Of a stretch of 64,000 nucleotides of DNA, positions 30,541 through 44,800 are shown one piece after another (position 1 is the first letter of the stretch; the number at the start of each line of letters is the position of its first letter). The DNA is from the human T2T-CHM13v2.0 reference genome, Homo sapiens: NCBI RefSeq assembly GCF_009914755.1, contig NC_060940.1; one strand, written 5' to 3'. The notes beneath the pieces are model-generated. The model did not search any database, was not told where the DNA came from, and saw only the letters and a program-made list of their open reading frames with translations. A program made the translations under genes and the position numbers.

Positions 30541-33233
30541 AATTCCATGATGATTCTATTTGATTCAATTAGATGATGTTTCCATTCGAATCCATTCCAT
30601 GATTATTCCATTGGAATCCATTCGGCGATGATTCCATATGAGTCAATTCAATGATGATTCCATATGTGTCCGTTCGATGATAATTCCATTTGATTTCATT
30701 CGGTGCTTCTATTCAATTCCAGTCGATGATGATTCCGTTGGAGTCCATACGATGATTCCATTTGATTTCATTTGATGATGATTCCATTCGATGATGATTA
30801 CATTGGATTCCATTCTATGATTCCATTCAATTCCATTCGTTGATGATTCGATTCCATTCAATGATGATTCCATTTGAGTTCATTCGATGATTCTATTCGA
30901 TTCCGTTCGATGGTGATTCAATTCTCTTATATTGGATGAATCCACTCGATTCCATTTGATGATTATTCCATTGGAGTCCACTTAGTGAATCCTTCAGATT
31001 CTACTCGAAGATGATTCCATTCAAGTCCATTCGATGATACCATTCAATTCCATTCGTTGATGCTTCCATTCAAGTGCATTCGATGATATCATTCGATTCC
31101 ATTTGATGATAATTCCATTTGATTCCATGCGATGATTCTATTCGATTCCATTCAATGATAATTCCATTCAGTTCAGTGATTCCTCTGGACTCCATTTGAT
31201 GATGATTCCATTCAATGATTCCATTCGATTCTATTCGAAAATGATTCCATTTGAATCCATTTGATGATGATTCCATTAGATTCCATTTGATGATTCCATT
31301 CGATTCCATTTGACGATGATTCCATTCGATTCCATTTGATGATTCCATTCTATTCTATTCGATGATGATTCCATTCGATTCCATTTGATGATGATTGGAT
31401 TCGATTCCATTTGATGATTTCATTTGATTCCATTCGTTAATGATTTCGATCAACTCCATTCGATGATTCCATTTGATTCCATTCGATAATGATTACATCC
31501 GAGTCCATTCGATGATTCCATTTGAGCCCGTTCGATAATTCCATTTGAGTCCAATCAATGATTCCATTCATTTCCATTCAATGATTCCATTCGAGTCCAT
31601 TTGATCATTCTGGTAGGATCCGTTCGATGTTGATTCCATTGGAGTGCATTCGATGATTCCATTCGAGTCCATTTTATGATTTGATTCGAGTCCTTTCGAT
31701 GATTCCATTCGATTCCACTCGATGATGATTTCATTCGAGTCCATTCGACACTTCCAATCGATTCCATTTGATGTTTCCATTCGAGTCCAATTGATGATTC
31801 CATTCAATTCCATTCGATGATGATTCCGTACGATTCCATTCTGTGATGATTCCATGTGATTGCATTCCATGATGATTCCTTTCGATTGCATTCGATTATG
31901 ATTCATTTCGTGTTCATTCTATGGTTCCACAGGTTACCATTCGATGACGTTTCCGTTCGTGTCCATTCCATTATTCCATTCTATTTCATTTGATGATGAT
32001 TCCATTCGATTCCATTCATTGGTGATTCCACTCAATTCCATTCAATGATTCCATTCCATTTCTTTCAACAATGATTCCATTAGTTTCTATTCGATGATCC
32101 ACTTGATTCCATTTGGCGATGATTCCATTCGTGTCCATTCGATGATTCCATTTGATTCCATATGATGATGATTCCATTCGATTCCATACCATGATGATTC
32201 CATTCGAGTCCATTCAATGGTGATTCCATTCAATTCCATTCGATGATTCCTTCCGATTCCATTCGATGATGATGGCATTCGATTCCTTTCAATCATTCCC
32301 TTTGATTCCATTCAAAGGTGATTTCATTCAAGTCCATTCGATAATTGCATTCGATTCCATTCTATGATGATTCCATTCGAGTCCATTTGATGATTCCATT
32401 CAATTCAAGTCAATGATGATTCCATTCAATTCCACTCGATGATTCCATTGGATTCCATTCGATGATGATTCCATTCAAATCCATTCGATAATTCAATTCA
32501 AGTCCATTCGATGATGATTCCAATCTAATCCATTCAAAGATTCCATTCAATTCCATTCGATGATGATTCCCTTAGATTCCATTCGATGATTCCACTTGAT
32601 TCCATTTACGATGATTCCATTCGATTCCATGTGATGAATCCATTCAATTCTATTCAATGATGTTTCCATTTGATTCCATTGGACCATGATTGCCTTTGAT
32701 TCCATTCAATGATTCCATTCGGTTCCATTTGATGATGATTCCGTTCGATTCCATTTCATTATTCCATTTGATTCCATTGGATGAGTCCATTCGATTACAT
32801 TCGATGATTATTCCATTCGAGTGCATTAGATGATTGCATTCGAGTCCATTCGATGATTCCATTCGATTCCATTCGATGTTGATTCTGTTCAAATCCATTC
32901 GATGATTCCACTCGATTCCAATCGATGACTCCATTTGATCCCATTCGATGATTTCCTGTGATTCCCTTTGATGATCATTCTATTTGATTCAATTCGGTGA
33001 TTTCATTTCATTCCATTCAGTGATGTTTCCATTCGACTGTATTCGATGATGATTCCATTCGACTCCATTCGATTATGATTTCATTCAATTCCATTCAATA
33101 ATGATTCCCTTCGAGTCCATTCGATGATTCCATTCGATTCCATTCAACGATGATTTGATTCGTTTCCATTCGATGATTCCATTTGATTCCACTTGATGAT
33201 GATTCCATTCGAGTCCATTTGATGATTCCATTC
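30541..33233 (+). repeat. Partial HOR copy 6 (offsets 1 to ~2,674, +19 bp)
   Basis: Collinear with copy 1 apart from +16 bp at ~31,940 and +3 bp at ~32,560; alignment is lost after ...GATGATTCCATTC at ~33,233. Confidence 0.85.
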
Positions 33234-35063
33234 GAGTCTATTTATGTATTATATTCGTGTCCACTTCATGATTCCATTCAATTCCATTTAATGTTGATTC
33301 CATTTGATTCCATTTGATGATTCAGTTCGATTCCTTGCAATGATTCCCTACGATTCCTTTCTCTGATGATTCCATTCGATTCCATTCATTGATGATTTCA
33401 TTCGACTCCATTCGATGATGATTCTTTCGATTCCATTTGACGATGTTTCCATTCGAGTCCATTCGATGATGATTCTATTCAATTCTGTTCTATTATGATT
33501 CCATTCGATTTCATTCAATGCTTCTATTTGATTCCATTCGATGATGATTCCATCTCTTTCCCTTCGATGATTCCATTTGATTCCATTCAGTGATGATTCC
33601 ATTTGATTCCATCTGATGATGATTTCACTTGATTCCTTTCAATGATGATTCAATTCAAGTCCATTCGATGATTCCATTGGAGTCCAAACGATCATTCCGT
33701 TCGATTCCATTCAATGGTGATTCCATTCATGTCCATTCGATGAATCCATTCAATTCCATTCGATGATGACTCCATTCGAGTACATTCGATGATTCCATTT
33801 GATTCCATTTGAAGATGATTCCATTCAATTCCATTCGAAGATGATTCCATTCAATTCCATTCGATGATGATTCCGTATGAATCCATTCTCTGATTATTCC
33901 ATTCGATTCCATTCATTGACGATTCCATTCAATTCCATTCAATGATGATTCTCTTCTATTCCATTCGATGATTCTGGTCGATTCCATTCGATGATGATTC
34001 CATTAGATTCCATTCGATTGTTGCATTCGATTCCCTTCGATGATGATTCCTTTGAATTCCATTCGATTATCATTCCGTATGAATCCATTTGATGATTATT
34101 CCATTGGATTCCTTTCGATGATGATTCCATTCGATTCCATTTGATGATGTTTCTCTTGTATTCCATTGGATAATTCCTTTCAGTTCCCTTCGATGATTAT
34201 TCTTTCAAGTCAATTCGATGATTCTATTCCATTCCCTTCGATGATGATTCCATTTCACTCCATTTGATGATTCCATTCGACTCAATTTGGTGATGATTCA
34301 ATTCGATGACATTCGATGACTCCATTCAATTTCATTTGATGATGATTACATTCGAGTCCATTTGATGATTGTATTCCTTTCCTTTTGATGATTATTCCAT
34401 TCGTGTCTATTCAAAGGTTCCATTCTATTCCATTCAATGATGATTGCATTTGATTCCATTCAATGATTATGGCTATCGATTCCACTCGTTGATTCCATTT
34501 GATTCCGTTCGATGATTATTCCGTTAGATTCCATTAGAAGATTCCATTCGATTTTATTCAATGATTCCAATGGATTCCATTCAATGATGATTCCATTCGA
34601 CTCCATTCAGTGATTCCATTCGAGTCCATTTGATGATTCCATTCTTTTCCATTTGATGATGATTCCATTAGGGTCCATTCAATGATTCCATTCGAGTCCA
34701 TTCGTTAATGCCTTTCGAGTCCTTTTGATCACTACATTCGAGTCCATTCAATGATTCTATTCGATTCCATTCCATGATGATTCCATTCGAGTTCATTCGA
34801 TGATTGCATTCGAGTCCATTTGATGATTCCATATGATTCCCTTCGACAATGATTCCATTCGTGTCCATTTGATGATTCCATTCATTTCCTATCGATGAAG
34901 ATTCCATTCAAGTGTATTCGATGATTCCATTCAAATCCATTCGATGATGATTCCATTCCAGTCCATTCGATCATTCCACTTGATTCCATTTGATGACTAT
35001 TCCATTCAAATCCATTTGATGATTCCATTCGATTCCATTCGATGTTACCATTCGAGTATATAC
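33234..35063 (+). repeat. Divergent, non-HOR HSat2 island (~1.83 kb)
   Basis: Still CATTC/GAT satellite, but contains words not seen in the HOR copies (TTTATGTATTATATTCG, CCTTGCAATG, GAGTCCAAACG, TTATGGCTATCG, GATCACTACATTC), and its ORF translations occur only once in the track. Confidence 0.85.
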
Positions 35064-38000
35064 GATGATTCCACTCGATTCCATTTGATGATTATTCCAT
35101 TGGAGTCCACTTAGTGAATCCTTTAGATTCTACTGGAAGATGATTCCATTCGAGTCCATTCGATGATACCATTCAATTCCATTCGTTGATGCTTCCATTC
35201 AAGTGCATTCGATGATATCATTCGATTCCATTTGATGATAATTCCATTTGATTCCATGCGATGATTCTATTCGATTCCATTCAATAATAATTCCATTCAA
35301 TTCAGTGATTCCTCTGGACTCCATTTGATGATGATTCCATTCAATGATTCCATTCGATTCTATTCGAAAATGATTCCATTTGAATCCATTTGATGATGAT
35401 TCCATTGGATTCCATTTGATGATTCCATTCGATTCCATTCGATGATGATTCCATTCGATTCCTTTTGATGATTCCATTCTATTGTATTCGATGATGATTC
35501 CATTCGATTCCATTCGATGATGATTGGATTCGATTCCATTTGATGATTTCATTTGATTCCATTCGATAATGATTTCGATCAATTCCATTCGATGATTCCA
35601 TTCGATTCCATTCGATAATGATTACATCCGAGTCCATTCGATGATTCCATTTGAGCCCGTTCGATAATTCCATTTGAGTCCAATCAATGATTCCATTCAT
35701 TTCCATTCAATGATTCCATTCGAGTCCATTTGATCATTCCGGTAGGGTCCGTTCGATATTGATTCCATTGGAGTGCATTCGATGATTCCATTCGAGTCCA
35801 TTTTAGGATTTGATTCGAGTCCTTTCGATGATTCCATTCGATTCCACTCGATGATTTCATTCGAGTCCATTCGACACTTCCAATCGATTCCATTTGATGA
35901 TTCCATTCGAGTCCAATTGATGATTCCATTCAATTCCATTCGATGATGATTCCGTACGATTCCATTCTGTGATGATTCCATGTGATTGCATTCAATGATG
36001 ATTCCTTTCGATTGCATTCGATTATGATTCATTTCGTGTTCATTCTATGGTTCCACAGGTTTCCATTCGATGATGTTTCCATTCGTGTCCATTCCATTAT
36101 TCCATTCTATTCCATTTGAAGATGATTCCATTCGATTCCATTCATTGGTGATTCCACTCAATTCCATTCAATGATTCCATTCCATTTCTTTCAACAATGA
36201 TTCCATTAGTTTCTATTCGATGATCCACTTGATTCCATTTGACGATGATTCCATTCGTGTCCATTCGATGATTCCATTTGATTCCATATGATGATGATTC
36301 CATTCGATTCCATACGATGATGATTCCATTCGAGTCCATTCAATGGTGATTCCATTCAATTCCATTCGATGATTCCTTTCGATTCCATTCAATGATGATG
36401 GCATTCGATTCCTTTCGATCATTCCCTTTGATTCCATTCAAAGGTGATTTCATTCAAGTCCATTCGATAATTGCATTCGATTCCATTCTATGATGATTCC
36501 ATTCGAGTCCATTTGATGATTCCATTCAATTCAAGTCAATGATGATTCCATTCGATTCCACTCGATGATTCCATTGGATTCCATTCGATGATGATTCCAT
36601 TCAAATCCATTCGATAATTCAATTCAAGTCCATTCGATGATGATTCCAATCGAATCCATTCAAAGATTCCACTCAATTCCATTCGATGATGATTCCCTTA
36701 GATTCCATTCGATGATTCCACTTGATTCCATTTACGATGATTCCATTCGATTCCATGTGATGATTCCATTCAATTCTATTCAATGATGTTTCCACTTGAT
36801 TCCATTCGAACATGATTGCCTTTGATTCCATTCAATGATTCCATACGGTTCCATTTGATGATGATTCCATTGGAGTGCATTAGATGATTCCATCCGAGTC
36901 CATTTGATGATTCCATTCGATTCCATTCGATGTTGATTCTGTTCAAATACATTCGATGATTCCACTCGATTCCATTCGATGACTCCAGTTGATCCCATTC
37001 GATGATTTCCTTTGATTCCCTTTGATGATCATTCCATTTGATTCAATTCGGTGATTTCATTTGATTCCATTCAGTGATGTTTCCATTCAACTCCTTTCGA
37101 TGATGATTCCATTCGACTCCATTCGATTATGATTTCATTCAATTCCATTCGATAATGATTCCCTTCAAGTCCATTCGATGATTCCATTCGATTCCATTCA
37201 ACGATGATTTGATTCGTGTCCATTCGATGATTCCATTTGATTCCATTTGATGATGATTCCATTCGAGTCCCTTTGATGATTCCATTCAATTCCATTCTCC
37301 GATGATTTCTTTTGAGCCCATTCAATGCTTCCACTCGATTCCATATGATGATGACTCCATTTGATGAAATTCCATGATGATTCCATTCGCTTGCATTCGA
37401 TGATGATTCCACTTGAGTCCGTTAGAAGATTCTATTCAATTACATTCCATGACGATTCTGTTCGAGTCCATTTGATGATTCCATTAGACTCCATTCGACG
37501 ATGATTCCATTCGATGTTATTCGATGATGATTCCATTCAACTCCATTCGATGTTTCCATTCGAGGTCATTCTATTATTCCATTAGATTCCATTCGATGAT
37601 GATTCCATTCGATTCCATTTGATGATTGCATTCTATTTCATTTGATGATGATTCCATTCGAGTCCATTCGATGATTCCATTCGAGTCCATTTAATGAATC
37701 CATTGGTTTCAATTCTATGATGATTACATTGGATTCCATTCGTTGATGATTTCATTCGATTCCATTCAATGATGATTCCATTCAATTCCATTCAATGATT
37801 CCATTCAATTCCATACGATGATGATTCCATTTGATTTGATTCGACAGTGAGCCATTCGATTCAATTCCATGATGATTCTATTTTATTCAATTGGTTGACA
37901 TTTCCATTCGATTCCATTCGATGATGATTCCCCTTGATTCCATTCAAAGCTGATTCCATTCTAGCCCATTCAATCATTCCATTCGATTCTATTCAATGAT

Positions 38001-38320
38001 GATTCCATTCATGTCGATTTGGTGATTCCATTTGACCTCATTTGATGATGATTCTTTTCAAGTTCATTAGATGATTCCATTCGATTCCATTTGATGATGA
38101 TCCCATTCGAGTCCATTTGATGATTCCACTCGTTTCCATTCCATGATGATTCCATTCCATTCCATTCAATGATTCCATTCGATTCCGTTTGATGATGATT
38201 TCATTCGAGTCCATTTGATGATTCCATTTGATTCCATTCGATGATGATTACATTCGACTCCATACGATGATTCCACTCAATTCCATATGATGATGATTCC
38301 ATTCGATTCCATTCGATGAT
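35064..38320 (+). repeat. Partial, more diverged HOR copy 7a (offsets ~395 to ~3,900) with -3, +16, +3, -72, -23 and -170 bp indels
   Basis: Re-enters the HOR at GATGATTCCACTCGATTCC...GGAGTCCACTTAGTGAATCC (35,064 = offset 395). Indels were read by alignment to copy 1; the first four match ORF-track shifts (35697, 36142, 37071). Confidence 0.8.
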
Positions 38321-41300
38321 TCCACTTGATTCCATTTACGATGATTCCATTTTATTCCATGTGATGATTCCATTCAGTTCTATTCAATGCTGTTTCCATT
38401 TGATTCCATTCGACCATGATTGCCTTTGATTCCATTCAATGACTCCATTCGGTTCCTTTTGATGATGATTCCGTTCGATTCCATTTCATTATTCCATTTG
38501 ATTCCATTGGATGAGTCCATTCGATTACATTCGATGATTATTCCATTCGAGTGCATTAGATGATTCCATTCGAGTCCATTCGATGATTCCATTCGATTCC
38601 ATTCGATGTTGATTCTGTTCAAATACATTCGATGATTCCACTCGATTCCATTCGATGACTCCAGTTGATCCCATTCGATGATTTCCTTTGATTCCCTTTG
38701 ATGATCATTCCATTTGATTCAATTCGGTGATTTCATTTGATTCCATTCAGTGATGTTTCCATTCGACTCCATTCGATGATGATTCCATTCGACTCCATTC
38801 GATTATGATTTCATTCAATTCCATTCGATAATGATTCCCTTCGAGTCCATTCGATGATTCCATTCGATTCCATTCAACGATGATTTGATTCGTGTCCATT
38901 CGATGATTCCATTTGATTCCACTTGATGATGATTCCATTCGAGTCCATTTGATGATTCCATTCAATTCCATTCTCCGATGATTTCTTTTGAGCCCATTCA
39001 ATGCTTCCACTCGATTCCATATGATGATGACTCCATTCGATGAAATTCGATGATGATTCCCTTTGATTCCATTCAAAGATGATTCCATTCTAGCCCATTC
39101 AATCATTCCATTCGATTCTATTCAATGATGATTCCATTCATGTCGATTTGGTGAATCCATTTGACTTCATTTGATGATGATTCCTTTCAAGTTCATTAGA
39201 TGATTCCATTCGATTCCATTTGATGATGATCCCATTGGAGTCCATTCAGTGATTCCATTCGTTTCCATTCCATGATGATTCCATTCCATTCCATTCAATG
39301 ATTCCATTCGATTCCGTTTGATGATGATTTCATTCGAGTCCATTTGATGATTCCATTGGATTCCATTCGATGATGATTCCATTCGAGTCCATTCGATGAT
39401 TCTATTCGAATCCATTTGATGATTTCTTTTGATTATAGTTGGTGATGATTCCATTGGAGTCCATTCAATGATTCCATTCGATTCCAATCGATGGTGATTC
39501 CATTAGAGTCCATTTAACGATTCCATTTGATTCCAGTCTCTGATGATTACATTCGAGTCCATACGATGATTCCACTCAATTCCATATGATGATGATTCCA
39601 TTCTATTCCATTCGATGATTCCATTCTATTCTATTCAATGGTGATTCCATTCGTGTACATTAGATGATTCCATTCGATTCCATTCAATGATGATTCTATT
39701 TGTGTCCCTTAGATGGTTCCACATGATTCCATTTCATGATGATACTATTTGAGCCCATCCAATGATTCCCTTCGATTCCATTCGATGAGGATTCCATTCG
39801 ATTCAATTCATTGGTGATTCTATTCAATTCAATTCTTTGATTCCATTCCATTCCATTCGACAATGATTCCATTCGATTTCTTTCGATGATTCCACTCGAT
39901 TCCACTTGACATTGATTCCATTCGATTCCATTCAATGATTCCGTTTGATTCCAGTGGATGATGATTGCCGTCGATTCCATTCGATCACTCCATTCTATTC
40001 CATTTGATGATGATTACATTCGATTCCATTTGATGATTCCATCTGATTCTATTCGAGGATTCCATTTGATTCCATTCGATGATGATTCCATTCGAGTGCA
40101 TTCGATGATTTCATTCGAGTACATCCAATGATTCCATTCGAGTCCATTTGATGATTCCATTTGATTCCATTTGATTATGATTCTACTAGAGTCCATTCAA
40201 TGACTCCATTCGAATCCATTCAACAATTCCATTCGAGGCCATTCGATGATTCCATTTCATGATTCCATTCGAGTCCATTTAATCATTACAGTCGAGTCCA
40301 TTTGGTGATTCCACTGGATTTCTTTTGATAATGATACCATTCAATTACATTTGATGATGATCCCATTCAATTTCATTTGATGGTGATTCCATTAGAGTCC
40401 ATTCGATGATTTCATTCGAGTCCCTTCATTGATTCCATCCGATTTCATTGGATGATGACTCCATTCGAGTCCATTCGATGATTCCACTCGATTCCATTAG
40501 ATGATTCCATTGGAGTCCATTTGATTGTTCCATTCGATTCCGTTCGATTCCTTTCGAAGATTATTCCATTTGAGTCCATTCGATGATGATTCCATTCCAT
40601 TCCATTCGATGATTCCGTTTGATTCCATTCGATGATTCCCTTCGATTCCATTGTTTGATGATTCCATTCCATTCCATTCAATGATTCCATTCGAATCTAT
40701 TCCATGATGATTCCTTTCGATTCCATTCGCTGATGTTTCCGTTCAATTCCATTCGATGATGATTCCATTCGATTCCATTCATTGAGGATTCCATTTGATT
40801 CCATTCAATGATGATTCCATTCTATTCCATTCAATGATTGCATTCAATTCCATTCAATGATTATCCCATTAGAGTAAACTCAACGATTCCATTCAATACC
40901 ATTCGATGATGATTCCTTTTGAGTCCATTCAATGATTTCATTCAAGTCCATTTGATGATTCCTTTCAATTCCATTCTATGATGATTCCATTCGAGTCCAT
41001 TCGATGATTCCATTCGATTGCATTCGATGATTCCATTATATTCCATTCAACGATGATTCCATTCGAGTCCATTTGATGATTCCATTAGAGTACATTTAAT
41101 GATTGCTTTGTTTTCAATTCGAAGATGATTACATTCGATTCCATTCTATGATACCATTCGATTCCATTCAATGATGATTCCTCTCAAATCCATTGGATGA
41201 TTCCATTCGTGTCCATTCGGTGATTTCATTAGATTCCATTCGAGGATGATTCCATTCGATTCCATTCGATGATTCCATTCAATTCCATTCGATGATGATT

Positions 41301-41821
41301 CCATTCCAGTCCATATGATCATTCCATTTGATTTCATTCGATGATGATTCCATTCGATTCCATTCGATGATTCCATTCTATTCCATTCGATGATGATTCC
41401 ATTCGAGTCCATTCGATGATTCCATTCGAGTCCATTTAATGATTCCATTGGGTTCAATTCAATGATGATTACATTGGATTCCGTTCTATGATTCCATTCA
41501 ATTCCGTTCATTGACTATTTGATTCCATTCGATGATGATTCCATTTGAGTTCATTCGATGATTCTATTCGATTCTCTTCGATGGTGATTCAATTCTATTA
41601 TATTGGATGATTCCATTCGATTCCATTTGATGTTGATTCAATTCGATTCTATTCGATGATGATTCCATTGGATTTCACTTGATGATTCTATTCGATTCCA
41701 TTCAATGATGATTCACTTCTCGTCCATTGGATGATTCCATTTCATTCCATTCGATGATGATTCCATTCGATTCCATTCGATGATTCCATTTGATTCCATG
41801 CGTCGGTGAGCAATTCGATTC
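38321..41821 (+). repeat. Partial HOR copy 7b (offsets ~2,032 to 6,112, type B) with 570-bp and 10-bp deletions
   Basis: TCCACTTGATTCCATTTACG at 38,321 equals offset 2,032. Landmarks: 38380 (offset 2091), 38747 (2458), 39167 (3448, shifted -570), 40445 (4736, shifted -580). Confidence 0.85.
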
Positions 41822-44800
41822 AATTCCATGATGATTCTATTTGATTCAATTAGATGATGTTTCCATTCGAATCCATTCCATGATTATTCCATTGGAATCC
41901 ATTCGGTGATGATTCCATATGAGTCAATTCAATGATGATTCCATATGGGTCCGTTCGATGATAATTCCATTTGATTTCATTCGGTGCTTCTATTCAATTC
42001 CAGTCTATGATGATTCCGTTGGAGTCCATACGATGATTCCATTTGATTTCATTTGATGATGATTCCATTCGATGATGATTACATTGGATTCCATTCTATG
42101 ATTCCATTCAATTCCATTCGTTGATGATTCGATTCCATTCAATGATGATTCTATTTGAGTTCATTCGATGATTCTATTCGATTCCGTTCGATGGTGATTC
42201 AATTCTCTTATATTGGATGAATCCACTCGATACCATTTGATGATTATTCCATTGGAGTCCACTTAGTGAATCCTTCAGATTCTACTCGAAGATGATTCCA
42301 TTCAAGTCCATTCGATGATACCATTCAATTCCATTCGTTGATGCTTCCATTCAAGTGCATTCGATGATATCATTCGATTCCATTTGATGATAATTCCATT
42401 TGATTCCATGCGATGATTCTATTCGATTCCATTCAATGATAATTCCATTCAGTTCAGTGATTCCTCTGGACTCCATTTGATGATGATTCCATTCAATGAT
42501 TCCATTTGATTCTATTCGAAAATGATTCCATTTGAATCCATTTGATGATGATTCCATTAGATTCCATTTGATGATTCCATTCGATTCCATGCGACGATGA
42601 TTCCATTCGATTCCATTCGATGATGATTGGATTCGATTCCATTTGATGATTTCATTTGATTCCATTCGTTAATGATTTCGATCAATTCCATTCGATGATT
42701 CCATTCGATTCCATTCGATAATGATTACATCCGTGTCCATTCAATGATTCCATTTGAGCCTGTTCGATAATTCCATTTGTGTCCAACCAATGATTCCATT
42801 CATTTCCATTCAATGATTCCATTCGAGTCCATTTGATCATTCCGGTAGGGTCCATTCGATGTTGATTCCATTGGAGTGCATTCGATGATTCCATTCGAGT
42901 CCATTTTATGATTTGATTCGAGTCCTTTCGATGATTCCATTCGATTCCACTCGATGATGATTTCATTCGAGTCCATTCGACACTTCCAATCGATTCCATT
43001 TGATGTTTCCATTCGAGTCCAATTGATGATTCCATTCAATTCCATTCGATGATGATTCCGTACGATTCCATTCTGTGATGATTCCATGTGATTGCATTCA
43101 ATGATGATTCCTTTAGATTGCATTCGATTGTGATTCATTTCGTCTTCATTCTATGGTTCCACAGGTTTCCATTCGTGTCCATTCCATTATTCCATTCTAT
43201 TCCATTTGATGATGATTCCATTCGATTCCATTCATTGGTGATTCCACTCAATTCCATTCAATGATTCCATTCCATTTCTTTCAACAATGATTCCATTAGT
43301 TTCTAATCGATGATCCACTTGATTCCATTTGACGACGCTTCCATTCTTGTCCATTCGATGATTCCATTTGATTCCATATGATGATGATTCCATTCGATTC
43401 CATACCATGATGATTCCATTCGAGTCCATTCAATGGTGATTCCATTCAATTCCATTCGATGATTCCTTTCGATTCCATTCGATGATGATGGCATTCGATT
43501 CCTTTCAATCATTCCCTTTGATTCCATTCAAAGGTGATTTCATTCAAGTCCATTCGATAATTGCATTCGATTCCATTCTATGATGATTCCATTCGAGTCC
43601 ATTTGATGATTCCATTCAATTCAAGTCAATGATGATTCCATTCGATTCCATTCGATGATTCCATTGGATTCCATTCGATGATGATTCCATTCAAATCCAT
43701 TCGATAATTCAATTCAAGTCCATTCGATGATGATTAAAATGGAATCCATTCAAAGATTCCATTCAGTTCCATTCGATGATTCCCTTAGATTCCATTCGAT
43801 GATTCCACTTGATTTCATTTACGATGATTCCATTCGATTCCACGTGATGATTCCATTCAATTCTATTCAATGCTGTTTCCATTTGATTCCATTCGACCAT
43901 GATTGCCTTTGATTCCATTCAATGACTCCATTCGGTTCCTTTTGATGATGATTCCGTTCGATTCCATTTGATGATTCCATTTGATTCCATTGGATGAGTC
44001 CATTCGATTACATTCGATGATTATTCCATTCGAGTGCATTAGATGATTCCATTCGAGTCCATTCGATGATTCCATTCGATTCCATTCGATGTTGATTCTG
44101 TTCAAATCCATTCGATGATTCCACTCGATTCCATTCGATGACTCCAGTTGATCCCATTCGATGATTTCCTTTGATTCCCTTTGATGATCATTCCATTTGA
44201 TTCAATTCGGTGATTTCATTTGATTCCATTCAGTGATGTTTCCATTCGACTCCATTCGATGATGATTCCATTCGACTCCATTCGATTATGATTTCATTCA
44301 ATTCCATTCGATAATGATTCCCTTCGAGTCCATTCGATGATTCCATTCGATTCCATTCAACGATGATTTGATTCGTGTCCATTCGATGATTCCATTTGAT
44401 TCCACTTGATGATGATTCCATTCGAGTCCATTTGATGATTCCATTCAATTCCATTCTCCGATGATTTCTTTTGAGCCCATTCAATGCTTCCACTCGATTC
44501 CATATGATGATGACTCCATTCGATGAAATTCGATGATGATTCCCTTTGATTCCATTCAAAGATGATTCCATTCTAGCCCATTCAATCATTCCATTCGATT
44601 CTATTCAATGATGATTCCATTCATGTCGATTTGGTGATTCCATTTGACTTCATTTGATGATGATTCCTTTCAAGTTCATTAGATGATTCCATTCGATTCC
44701 ATTTGATGATGATCCCATTCGAGTCCATTCAGTGATTCCACTCGTTTCCATTCCATGATGATTCCATTCCATTCCATTCAATGATTCCATTCGATTCCGT

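Noticed and set aside
33234-35063. Transposon (Alu/L1/LTR) insertion as the explanation for the divergent island
   Set aside because: The island is still CATTC/GAT satellite throughout, with no poly(A), terminal repeats, target-site duplication or complex sequence.
1074-43912. Three plus-strand ORFs (1074-1280, 26393-26578, 43727-43912)
   Set aside because: They arise from single substitutions that remove a stop or add a start in individual satellite copies; they are low-complexity and not conserved between copies.
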